From: Hemiscyllium ocellatum
Lineage: Eukaryota
DNA: 64,000 bases
Assembly (NCBI RefSeq): GCF_020745735.1
Contig: NW_026867526.1
Location: 124,001 to 188,000 of the forward strand
Reading direction: 5' to 3'
The notes under the pieces are model-generated. The model saw nothing but the letters and a program-made list of their open reading frames with translations. It made no database searches and had not been told where the DNA came from. The translations under genes and the position numbers were made by a program. Positions 36,600 through 48,061 of this stretch are shown piece after piece; the first letter of the stretch is position 1; the number at the start of each line of letters is the position of its first letter.

Positions 36600-39070
36600 G
36601 AGTATAGGAGTTAGGACATCGTGTGGAGGTTGTACAGGCCTCTTCTAGAATACTGTGTCCAATTCTGGTCTCCCTGTTATAGGAGGGGTATTGTTAAACT
36701 GTTCAGAAAATATTTACAAGGATGTTGCCAGGACTGGAGGGTTTGACTTAGATGGAAAGGAGCTTGAAGGTTGAGGGGTGACCTTACAGAGGTTTATAGT
36801 ATAATAAGGAGCATATATAAGGTGAATGTCAGATGTCTTTTCCCTCGGGTGATAGACTTCAGGGTTTGTATATGAAGAGGAAGTGATTAGAGAGATATGG
36901 AACAAATACAGGTAAATGGGACTAGGGTAAATTAGGATATCTGGTCAGCATGGACGGGTTGGGCCGAAGGATCTGTTTCTGTGCTGTATGTCTCTATTAC
37001 TCAATAGAGAGATGTATAAAATAATGAGGGGTGTTCATAAGATTGATAGTGAGGAAAAATTCCCCTTGGACTAGGGAGGTTATTCCCCCCTAGACTTCAG
37101 CACGAGGGGACATACTTTTAAAGTGAGAGGAGAAAGATTTAAAAGGGAAATGAGGTTCAACTTGTTCTACACAGAGAGTGGTTCATGAGGAATTAATGGA
37201 TGCGGGTTCAGTTCCAATGTTTAAAAGGTATTTGGACAAACAGGAAAGTATTGAAGGGATATGGGCCAGGAGCAGGTGGTGGGACTAGTTTTGTTTGGGA
37301 TTATGGTTAGCATGGACTTTGGGGGGAACCAAAAGGTCTGTTTCCATGCTGTATGACTTTATCACTGACATTCCCCTTAAGTCTCCTGCCCCTTACCTTA
37401 AATATCTGCACTGCCTTCCAGTCTTTACAACATTTGTCTGAATTGGTTCCTCCATCAAGGGGAATATTTCCTTACTGTCTACCCAATCAACACCTCTCAT
37501 TATTTTGTACATCTCAGTGATGCCATAGAGTCAAACAGATGTACAACACAGAAACAGATCCTTCAGCCCAACTCGTCCATGCCAACCTGATATCCAAAAT
37601 TAACCTCGTCCCATTTACCAGCACTTGGCCCTCTAATCCCTTCCAGTTCAAATTAAAACTCACACAACACCAGGTTATAATCCAACAGGTACATTTGGAA
37701 CCACTAGCTTTCCGAACACTGCTCCTTCATCAGGTGGTTGTGGAGTTTTCTTCTACCCCTCCCAATGCCTTTTATCTGTTACTAGCCTTGTACTGGCCTG
37801 CACTTCCTCTTGCATACATGCACTGCCTGTTGCATGAAAACTTTGCCCCTTAGGACCCTTGTAAGTCTTTCCCCTCTCACCCTAAACCTATGCCTTCTAG
37901 TTCTGGACTCCCCACCCCAGGGAAAAGACCTTGTCTATTTACCCTATCCATGCATCCATGATTTTATAAACCTCTTGAAGGTCACTCCTCAGCCTTCGAC
38001 ACTCCAGGGAAGACAGTTCCAGCCTATCCAGCCTTTCCTGTAGTTCAAACCCTCCAACCCTGGCAACATCCTTGTAAATCTTTTCTGAACCCTCTCAAAT
38101 TTCACAACATCCTTTCTATAGGAAGCAGAGCAGAATTGCACACAATACTCCAAAGGTAGCCTAACCAATGTCCTGTACAGCCACAACATGACCTCCAAAC
38201 TCCTTTACTCAATGCTCTGACTAATAAGGGAAAGCATATCAAATACCTTCGTCACTATCCTATCTACCTGTGACTCCCCTCTCAATCTCTCTGGTCGAAG
38301 GAAAACGACCCAATCTTTCCAGTCGCTCTTCATAACTGAAACTCTCCAGCTCAGAAAACATCTTTCCAAGTCTTGAGTGCTAACATATCCCTCCTTAAAT
38401 GGGGATTCCAGAAATGCAGGCAACAAACTAGCTGTCCCCTAGCCAATGTTTTCGACAGTTCTAACCGAACTTCCCAGCTCAACCTCTGTGCTTAACAAGG
38501 AAAGGCGAGTTTATCACCTGCCCTGGTGTTTAAGTGACTGGTGGACATGCACAACAAGGTCCCTCTGATCTTCAGTGCTTCCCAGGGCCCTATAGTTCAT
38601 CACGTATTCCCTTACCGTGATTGTCCTCTTATGATCTAAGCCCATCTTCCTCACTGTTTGCCACAACACTAGTTTTCATATCACCCGTGAACTCATTGAT
38701 CAGTCCTCCAACTTTCAAGTGAAAGTTATTTCTATCAACCTAGAAACTGCGAGGACCCAATACTGGCCTCTGCAAGATCCCACTGGGCACAAACTTCCAG
38801 TTACAGAAGCACATCTCAACCATCACCCTCTGCTTCCTACCACTCAGCCCATTGTGGATCCAATTTTCCAAATTTCCTTGCAACCCATGGGCTCTTGTCT
38901 TTGCCATCAGTGTCCCAGGCAGCACCTTATCAAAAGCCCCACTGAATTCCAAGTAGCCTCCACCAAATGCATTGCTGTCACCTACACATCTGGTCACCTC
39001 TTTGATAAATTCCATCAGGTTGGTCAGATATGACCTTCCTTTAATAAACCCACACCTACTGTTCTTGATT
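36600..39070. mobile_element. Cluster of CR1 3'/RT fragments in both orientations
   Basis: Several ORF2 remnants (LYRTLVRLPLEYCVQF..., KTRAHGLQGNLENWIHNGLSGRKQRV). Confidence 0.75.
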
Positions 39071-39661
39071 AACCCCTGCCTGCTCCAAGTGCAGATTAAT
39101 TCTGTCCCGAAGTATTCATTCCAACAGTTTCCCCACCGTCAGACTGATTGGCCTGTAGTTTCCTGGTTTCTCCCTCCTTCCTTCTTGAAGACTTTGTCAC
39201 ATTTATTGTTTCTAATTGAGGTCTGCAGCCAAGTGTTAGGTCTCTTGTACAGCTTGGGGAGGGTAGAAAGGGACAGTGGTAGTGTCTTTACCTCTGAGCT
39301 AGGAGATTCAGTTTCGAGTCCCACCTGGTCCAGAGGAGTACCGTACCATCACTGAACAGGTTGGTTGAGAAACTATCTCCAAGGTGTTTTCCCCTCTCCT
39401 GAAATGACTGAGTTAATCCTGAATAGACATTCCAACAACACCTCTGCACCTGAATGGCACTGTCTCTTCTCAATCTAAGTTTTCTTCCTTCCATCCGAAC
39501 CTCTTTTGGGAGCTTTACAGCATTCACTTTACCCCGGGGAAGTGAGTTCTGCAGCTTTTACACACTTTTACATTTGTGTCTTTGCCAGTTTTTTGAAAAT
39601 CAAGGACCAATCAACCTGAAACAGCAGCAGGAATTTATCTTCTTGGATACACAATATAACC

Positions 39662-39663
<2 letters not shown>

Positions 39664-39701
<38 letters not shown>
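39664..39701 (+). repeat. (AC)n microsatellite
   Basis: About 19 perfect AC units. Confidence 0.95.
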
Positions 39702-39704
<3 letters not shown>

Positions 39705-40264
39705 CTGAACCCTGATCTCGGATGATGACCTCTGCAGGGAGACAGACATCAACTGCAAATAACCTCTTGGATCTTCCTGTCCATCGACAGCATTGGTCTG
39801 TTTGGGTGCCTGCTTTTCTAAACCGTGTCCAAGCAACAAATGATGATAGATTCATAACAGTTTCCCTCCAATCCATGTTTCAGGCATGTGTTTGTGTTAT
39901 TTTTCACTGAGTGTTGATTTAATCTTCTAAAATGGGGAGTGGCTTCCATCCCAGATGACCACACCAGCGTGCCTTGGGGATCCTGAGGAAATGATTAGGG
40001 AAGTGTATCTGTACCATTCCACCTTCTGCACCCTGTACCGCCAGATAGTGCTCCCTCAGTATCTCAGAAAGCACCTCCTCAGTATGTTTATCCCCAAAGC
40101 ACCTCGACAGAACCTTCATGCCCTCAACACCTCAGAAAACAAACCTGTTACCCCCTTGGACCGTGTTCATCCCCCAAACCTGTTCTCACTGTGGTGACCC
40201 ACAGCCACCCCCAAGATTGGAGTCCAGGGCCCAGAACATTATTTGGGTCTCTGGATTGATTATA

Positions 40265-40525
40265 GAATGTGGAAGCAGGCCATTTGGCCTTATCAGGTTC
40301 ATACTGACCCTCGGCAGAGCATCCCATCCACCCACGCTATCCTTGGATCCCTTCATTCCCTCTGGCTAATCCACCGAGCCTGCACATCTTTGGACAGTGG
40401 GAGGGAACTGAAGCACCCGGAGGCTGACACGGGGAGAATGTGCAAACTCCACACAGACAGTCGCCCGAGGCTGGAATCGAACCCGGGTGGGGTGAGGCAA
40501 CAGAGCTAACCACAGAGCCCCTGTG
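40265..40525 (-). mobile_element. V-SINE (HE1-like)
   Basis: Reverse complement of the SINE core (ggggagaatgtgcaaactccacacagacag). Confidence 0.78.
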
Positions 40526-41829
40526 ACAATCCCACTATCTCCGCCCCATTGATGACCGTTTGATGTCTATACCCGGGGAGTATCTAACCTGTCTAGCGTT
40601 TATTTAAGAAAGATTAGGGAAAAGGACAATGCCTCCACAAGCTCAAGATGCTAAAAAATATTTATATTAGTTTCAAACAGAGACTTTATTCACAAAAAAA
40701 ATTATGTACAAACATAGTAACTAAAGTTTGGTCTTTACAACAAGTCTTTGTGATGACATATAAACTTCTCTTGGCTGATTAACTGAAATGCTAGATCTGA
40801 GCTGTTCCTTCTTAATTAACATCATAAAGTTACATTGATAAGGATCTTTGTGAAGTGCCGTAAATCTTTATGTGTTCCCCAAGCACCCCCACCCTCCAAA
40901 TACAATGCCTTCCAAAGGCTTAAGCCTGAGCTGAAAATGTGTTGCTGGAAAAGTCGATTCTCCTGCTCCTTGGATGCTGCCTGACCTGCTGCGCTTTTCC
41001 AGCAACACATTTTCAGCTCAATTTCTATCATGTCTGAAATTACCATGAAGGCCCCAACTTCTCAACCTCGCCCCTCCCCTGAGGTGTGTAACCCACCAGT
41101 CCTCTCTCTCTGACAAGACAGCAGCTCCCGGGTCCTCCTGGTCTATAATAACTTCCCAACTTTAAAAAGGCACTCCAGTAAGAGAGCTCTTTACATGGTT
41201 CAGGTCAAAATCCTGGAGTTCCCTCCCTAACATCAACGTGGGACACCAAGGGCTATAGCAGGAGAATACAGCTCACCCCCACCTTCCAGGCAACTGGATG
41301 GTGTGGGAATCTCATGCAAGTGAAATTTGCAAGTAACTTTTATTACAAGGTGACGGTGGATGGTCACTAAGACTGTTTCTTTCCCTCTGTTTAAATCAGC
41401 GTAACAGGGAACCAAAGGATGGGGTGAAAATGACAGTGATAGCATTTCGTAGGTTGGTGTTTGTTTGAGATTGCATCGTCGCTATGAATGTTTGAACACT
41501 TATTCAAGGGCATGCAGTTAGCTGCCAGAGGATATGGTGGGGACTGGTACAATTGCGACATTTAAAAGGCATCAGGATGAATATGTGAATAGGAAGGGTT
41601 TAGAGGGATATCAGCCAAGTGCTAGCAAATGGAACTAAATTAAGTTGGATATCTGGTTGGCATGAATAAGTTGGGCTGAAGGATCTGTTTCCATGCTGTG
41701 CATCTCTCTGAATAGATTGTTGCAAAGTTTCAGACAAGGCTTGGATTGTGTGTCTCTCTCATGCTTTCTCAGAATCTGCAAATGCAATGTCTCCATATTT
41801 CCACAAAACATTAAGAAAGAGAAAAAAAC

Positions 41830-44800
41830 GGTCAGTACTGAGGGAGTGCCACATCGTTGGAGGGTCAGTGATACGTTAGTATTGCACTGTCAGAGGATCT
41901 GTACTGAAGAAAAGCTGCACTGTCGGATTGTCAATACTGAAGGATTGCTGTACTGTCAGAGGGTCAGTTAGGATGGAGTGCTGCACTGTCAGAGGGTCAG
42001 TACTGAGGGAGTGCTGCACTGTCAGAGGGTCAGTACTGAGGGAGTGCTGCACTGTCAGAGGGTCAGTGCTGAGGCAGTGCTGCACTGTGAGAGGGTCAGT
42101 AATGAGGGAGTGTCACACTGTCAGAGGGTCATTACTGAGGGAGTGCCACTCTGTGGAGAGTGAGTACTAAGTTAATGTTGCACAATCAGAGGATCAGTAT
42201 TGAGGCAAACCTGCACTGTCAGAGGATCAGTACTGGGGCGCGCAACACTGCCGGACCGTCAGTACTGAGGGAGTGCTGCACTGTCAAAGGGTCAGAGCAA
42301 AATGAGCGCTGCACTGTTGCAAGGTCATTACTGTGGGAGCACAACACTATCAGAGCATAAGTACTGAGGGAGCCCTATATTGTCAGAGGAACAGTATTGA
42401 GGGAATGCCACCCTGTCAGAGGTGCTGTAGTGAGGAAGTGCTGCATTGTCAGGGGTCAGTACTGAGGGAGCGTTTCATTGTCAGAAGCTCAGTATTGAGG
42501 GAGCACTATTGAGGGAATGCCACCCTGTCAGACGTTCTGTAGAGAGGGAGTGCAACACTGTCAAAGGGTCAGTACAGAGGGAGTGCAATACTGTCAAAGG
42601 GTCAGTGCTGAGGAGGCGCTGCACTGTCAGAGGGTCAGTACTGAGTGAGTGCTGCACTGTTAGAGGGTCAGTACTGTGGATCCGTCGAAATGTCAGAGGG
42701 TCAGTATGGATGTAATACCGCACTGTCAGAGTTTCATTACAGTACAGCGCCGCACTGTCAGAGAGTCACTAGTGGGGGAGTGCTGCTCTGTCAGAGGGGC
42801 AGTACCGAGACGGTGTCACACTGTCAGAGGGTCAGTACTGAGGGAGTGTCACACTGTCAGAGGGTCACTACTGAGGGAATGCTGCACTGAAATGGGTGCA
42901 GGACCGAGGGATTGCTGCACTGTCAGAGTGGCAGCACTGAGGGAGTGCCGCAATGTCAGAGGGTCAGTACTGAGGGAGTGCCGCACTGTTGGAAGGTCAG
43001 TCCTGAGGAAATGCTGCGCTGTGGGAGGACCAGTACGGAGGGAGTGCGGCACTGTGGAAGGTCAGTACTGAGTTAATATTGAACAGTCAGAGGGTCAGTA
43101 CTGTGGGAGTGCTGCACTGTCAGAGGATCAGTACTGAGGGAGTGGCACACTGTCAGGGAGTGAGTAATGAGGGGAGTGCCATACTGTTGGAGGGTCAGTA
43201 CTGTGGGTGCATCGGAATGTCGGAGGGTCAGAATGGAGGGAATACCGCACTGTCAGAGTTTCATTACAGTGCAGTGCCGCACTGTCAGAGTGTCACTACT
43301 GGGGGAGTGCTTCTCTGACAGAGGGGCAGTACTGAGAGAGTGTCACACTGTCAGAGGGTCAGTACTGAGAGAGTGTCACACTGTCAGAGGGTCAGTACTG
43401 AGGGAGCGCTGCATTGAAATGGGTGCAAGACCGAGGGATTGCCGCACTGTCAGAGTGGCAGCACAGAGGGAGTGCTAAGCTGTCAGAGGATCAGTACTGA
43501 GTATGTGCTGCACTGTCAGAGGGTCAGTACTGAGGGAGTGTCACACTGTCAGAGGGTCAGTACTGAGAGAGTGCCGCACTGTTGGAAGGTCAGTGCTGAG
43601 GAAGTGCTGCGCTGTGGGAGGACCAGTACAGAGGGAGTGCAGCACTGTGGAAGGTCAGTACTGAGTTAATATTGAACAGTCAGAGGGTCAGTACCGAGGG
43701 AGTGTTGCACTGTCAGAGGATCAGTACTAAGAGAGTGTCACACTGTCAGAGGGGCAGTACTGAGAGAGTGTCACACTGTCAGAGGGTCAGTACTGAGGAA
43801 GTGCTCATTCTCGGAGGGTCAGTAAGGAGGGAGTGCTGCACTGTTGGTCGGTCAGTAAGGACGGAATGGCGTACTGTCGGTGCAAGAGTACTGTGAGAGG
43901 TCTGTACCGGGTAAGTGTCACACTGCCAAAGGTTCAGTCCTCAGGGAATGCCACGCTGTCAGAGGGTCAGTACTGAGAGAGTGCTGCACTGTTGAAGGGT
44001 CAGTACTGAGGGAGTGCTGCACTGTTGAAGGGTCAGTACTGAGTGCGTTCTGCACTGTCAGAATGTCAGCACTAAGGGAATGCCGCACTGTCGGAAGGTC
44101 AGCACCGAGGGAGGTCCACATTGTCTGAGGGTCTTCACTGAATGAGTACTGCAATATCAGTGGGTCAGCACTCAGGGAAAGCTGCACTGTCAGAGGTTCT
44201 TTAATGGAAGAGTGCTGCACTATCAGCGGGTTAATACCAAGGGAGTGCTGCAATGTCAGAGGGTCAGTACTGACGGAGTGCTGCAACATGAGAGGGTCAG
44301 TACTGAGGGAGCACTCCACTGTCAGAGGGTCTGTACTGAGGGAGTGCTGCACGGTCAGAGGATCAGTACTGAGGGAGTGCTGCACTGTCAGAGGATCAGT
44401 ACTGAGGGAGTGCTGCACTGTCAGAGTGTCAGACCCAGGGAAAGGCCACACTGTCAGAGGTCAGTAATGAGGGAAGACCACACTGTCAGTGGGTCATTAC
44501 TGAGTGTGTGCTGCACTGTTAGAGGGTCAGTACTGAGGGAAAGCTGCACTGTCAGAGGGTCAGTACTAATCGATTGCTACACTGTCAGCAGGCCAGCACC
44601 AAGTGAGCGCTGCAACGTGAGAGGGTCAGTATTGAGAGAGTTCTGCGCTGTCAGAGGGTCTGGACAGAGGGAGTGCTATAGTGTCATTAGATTAGATTAC
44701 TTACAGTGTGGAAACAAGTCCACGCCGACCCGCCGAAGTGCAACTCACCCATACCCCTACATTTACCCCTTTACCCCTACAGGCAATTTAACATGGCCAA

Positions 44801-47800
44801 TTCACCTGACCTGCACATCTTTGGACTGTGGGAGGAAACCGGAGCACTCGGAGGAAACCCACGCAGACACGGGGAGAATGTGCAAACTCCACACAGTCAG
44901 TCGCCTGAGTCGGGAATTGAACCAGGTCTCTTGTGCTGTGAGGCAGCAGTGCTAACCACTGTGCCACCGTGCCTCATAGGGTCAGTACTGAGGGAGTTCT
45001 GCACTGCCTGAGTGTCATTCCTAGGGGAAGGCCACACTGTCAGAGCATCAGTAATGTGGGAGTACTGCGCTGTCGGTAGGTTGGTAATGAGGGAGTACCA
45101 CATTGTGAGGATCAGCCCTGAGGGCATGCTACACTGAGAGAGGGTCAGTACAAAACAAGCACTGCACTGTCAGAGGGTCATTACTCAGGGAGAACAACAC
45201 TGTCGGAGAGTCAGTGCTGAAGGAGTGCTGCACTGTCAGAGGGTCAGTACTGATGGAGTGCTGCACTGCCAGAGGGTCAGTACTGAGGGAATGCTGCACT
45301 GTCAGTGGGTCAGTACTGAGGGAGTGCCGCATTGTCAGAGGGTCAGTACTGAGGGAGTGCCGCACTGTCAGAGGGTCAGTACTGAGGAAGTGCTGCACTG
45401 TCAGAGAGTCAGTACTGACGGTGTGCTGCATTGCCCAAGGGAGAGTACTGACGAAACACCTCATTGTCGGAGGTTCAGAACTGAGGGAGTGCTGCACTAC
45501 AGAGGCTGAGTACTGAGGGAGTGTTAAACTGTCAGAGGGTCAGTCCTGAGACAGCACCACACTGTCAGTGGGTAAGTATTGAGGGAGTGTCACACTGTCG
45601 GAGGGTCCGTACTGAGGTATCACCATACTGTCAGAGGGTCGGTGCTGAGGGAATGCTGCACTGTCAGAGGGTCAGTACTGAGGGTGTGCTGCATTGCCAG
45701 AGAGTCAGTACTGAGGGAAACCTCACTGTCAGAGGGTCTTTACTCGAAGATTGTTGCACTGCCACATGGTCAGTACCGAGGGAGTGCTGCAATGTCAAAC
45801 AGTCAGTACTGAGGGAGTGCTGCAACGTGAGAGCGTTAGTACTGAGGGAATGCTGCCCTGTTAGATGGTCAGTGCTGAGGGAGCACTCCAATGTCAGAGA
45901 TTTTGGACTGAGGGAGCGGTTTACTCTCAGAGGGTCAGTACTGAAGGTGTGCTGCACTGTTGGAGGGTCAGGACTGAGGCAGTGCTGCACTGTTGAAGGG
46001 TCAGTACTATGGAAGTGCTGACTCTCTGACGGTTAGTAGTGTGGGAGTGGGATACTGTCAGAGGGTCAGTATTGAGAGTGTGGCACACTATTGGAGAGTC
46101 AATACTCAGGGAGCACCACGCAATCAAAGGGTCAGTACGGAGACAGTGCCTCACTGTTGGAGTGTCAGTACTGAGAGAGTCCCTCACTGTCAGAGGGTCA
46201 GTATGGGGCAGTGCCGCATTGTCACTGACTTTCCAAAATGTGGCACACCCTCAGTACTGATCCTCTGACAGATCGCCATGCACTCAGTGCTGAGGGAGTG
46301 CCACACTTTTGGAAAGACAGTATTGAGGGAGTGGTGCACTGCCAGAGGGTCAGTACAAAGGATGTGCCAAACTATCGGAGGTGAGTACTGAGGGAGCACT
46401 GCACTGTCAAAGGGTGAGAAGTGAGGCAATGCACACTGTCAGTGGGTCAGTACTGAGGGAGCACCACATTGCCAGAGGATCAGTATTGAGGGAATGTTAC
46501 ACTGTCAGAGGTCAGTACTGAGGGAGTACCGCATTGCCAGAGGATCAGTATTGAGGGAATGTTACACTGACAGTGGGTCAGTACTGAGGGAGCACCGCAT
46601 TGCCAGAGGATCAGTATTGAGGGAGTGTTACACTGTCAGAGGTCAGTACTGAGGGAGCACTGCATTGCCAGAGGATCAGTATTGAGGGAGTGTTACACTG
46701 TCAGTGGGTCAGTACTGAGGGAGCACCGTATTGCCAGAGGATCAGTATTGAGGGAGTGTTACACCGTCAGAGGGTCAGTACTGAGGGAGTGCTAAACTGT
46801 CAAAGGGTCAGTACAAAACGAGCACTGCACTGTTGAAGGGTCATTACTGAGGGAGAACAACACTGTCGTAGCGTCAGCACAGAGGGAGTGCTACACTGTC
46901 AGAGGGTCGTACAGAAGAGGTGCTGCACTGTTGGAGGGACATACGGAGGTCTGTACTGAGGGAGTGTCACACTGTCAGAGGTTAAGTCCTCAATGAATGC
47001 CAACTTGTCAGAGGGTCAGTACTGAGGGTGCATTGCACCATCAGAGGGTCAGTACTGAGGGACCGCTACACTGCCAGAGTGATAGTACTGAAGGGGTACT
47101 GTACTGTCAAAGGTTCAGTACTGAGGGAGTGCTGCACTGTCAGAGGTGCAGGACAGAGGGAGTTGCCGCCCTGTCAGTGTCAGTACTGATGGAATGCTGC
47201 ACTGTTGGAGTGTCAGCACTGACGAAGGGCCGCACTGTCAGGAATTTAGTACTGAGGGAGGGCCGCACTGTCAGGAGTTTAGTTCTGAGGGAGGGCCGCA
47301 CTGTCAGGAGTTTAGTACTGAGGGAGGGCTGCACTGCCAGGAGTTTAATACTGAGGGAGGGTCGCACTGTCAGGAGTTTAGTACTGAGGGAGGGCCGCAC
47401 TGGCAGGAGTTTAGTACTGAGGGAGGGTCGCACTGTCAGGAGTTTAGTTCTGAGGGAGGGCCGCACTGTCAGGAGTTTAGTTCTGAGGGAGGGCCGCACT
47501 GTCAGGAGTTTAGTTGTGAGGGAGGGCCGCACTGTCAGGAGTTTAGTTGTGAGGGAGGGCCGCACTGTCGGAAGGACAGCACTCAGGTAGTGCAGCACTA
47601 TCAAAGGGTCAGTACTGAGTGAGTGATGCACTATCAGACGGTCAGTACTGTGGGTGTGTTGCAATGTCAGCAGTTTATTACTGAGAGAGTTCCACACTGT
47701 CAGAGGATCAATGGTGACGGAGCTCCTCACTGTCAGTGGGTCAGTACTGAGGGAGTGCTGCACTGTCATAGGGTCAGTACTGAGTGAGCACTACTCTTTG

Positions 47801-48042
47801 AATAAGTCAGTACTGAGAGAGTGTCAGTACTGAGGGAGTGCCTCACTGTTGGAGGGTCAGTACTGCTGGAGCACTGCACTGTCAGAAGGTCAGGACTGAA
47901 TGTGCACTCCATTGTCAGAGGATCAGTATTGAGGGAGCGCTGCACTGTCAGAGGTTAGGACTGACAGAATGCACCACTGCCAGAGGGTCAGTACTGAGGG
48001 GATGCAGCAATGTCAGACAGTCAGTACTGAGGGAGTGCTGTG
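41830..48042 (+). repeat. 33-bp satellite/minisatellite array, consensus CACTGTCAGAGGGTCAGTACTGAGGGAGTGCTG
   Basis: About 6.2 kb of tandem 33-bp units with variable divergence, interrupted by a SINE at 44686-44973. All overlapping ORFs are periodic artefacts. Confidence 0.97.
44686..44973 (-). mobile_element. V-SINE inserted in the satellite
   Basis: attagattagattacttacagtgtggaaac tail and gctaaccactgtgccaccgtgcc head, reversed; satellite on both sides. Confidence 0.9.
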
Positions 48043-48061
48043 GTCTAAGAGGATTATCTGG

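Noticed and set aside
41830-48042. CRISPR-like or cryptic RSS array
   Set aside because: There are no unique spacers between repeats and the context is eukaryotic. CACTGT is not followed by a nonamer at 12 or 23 bp.
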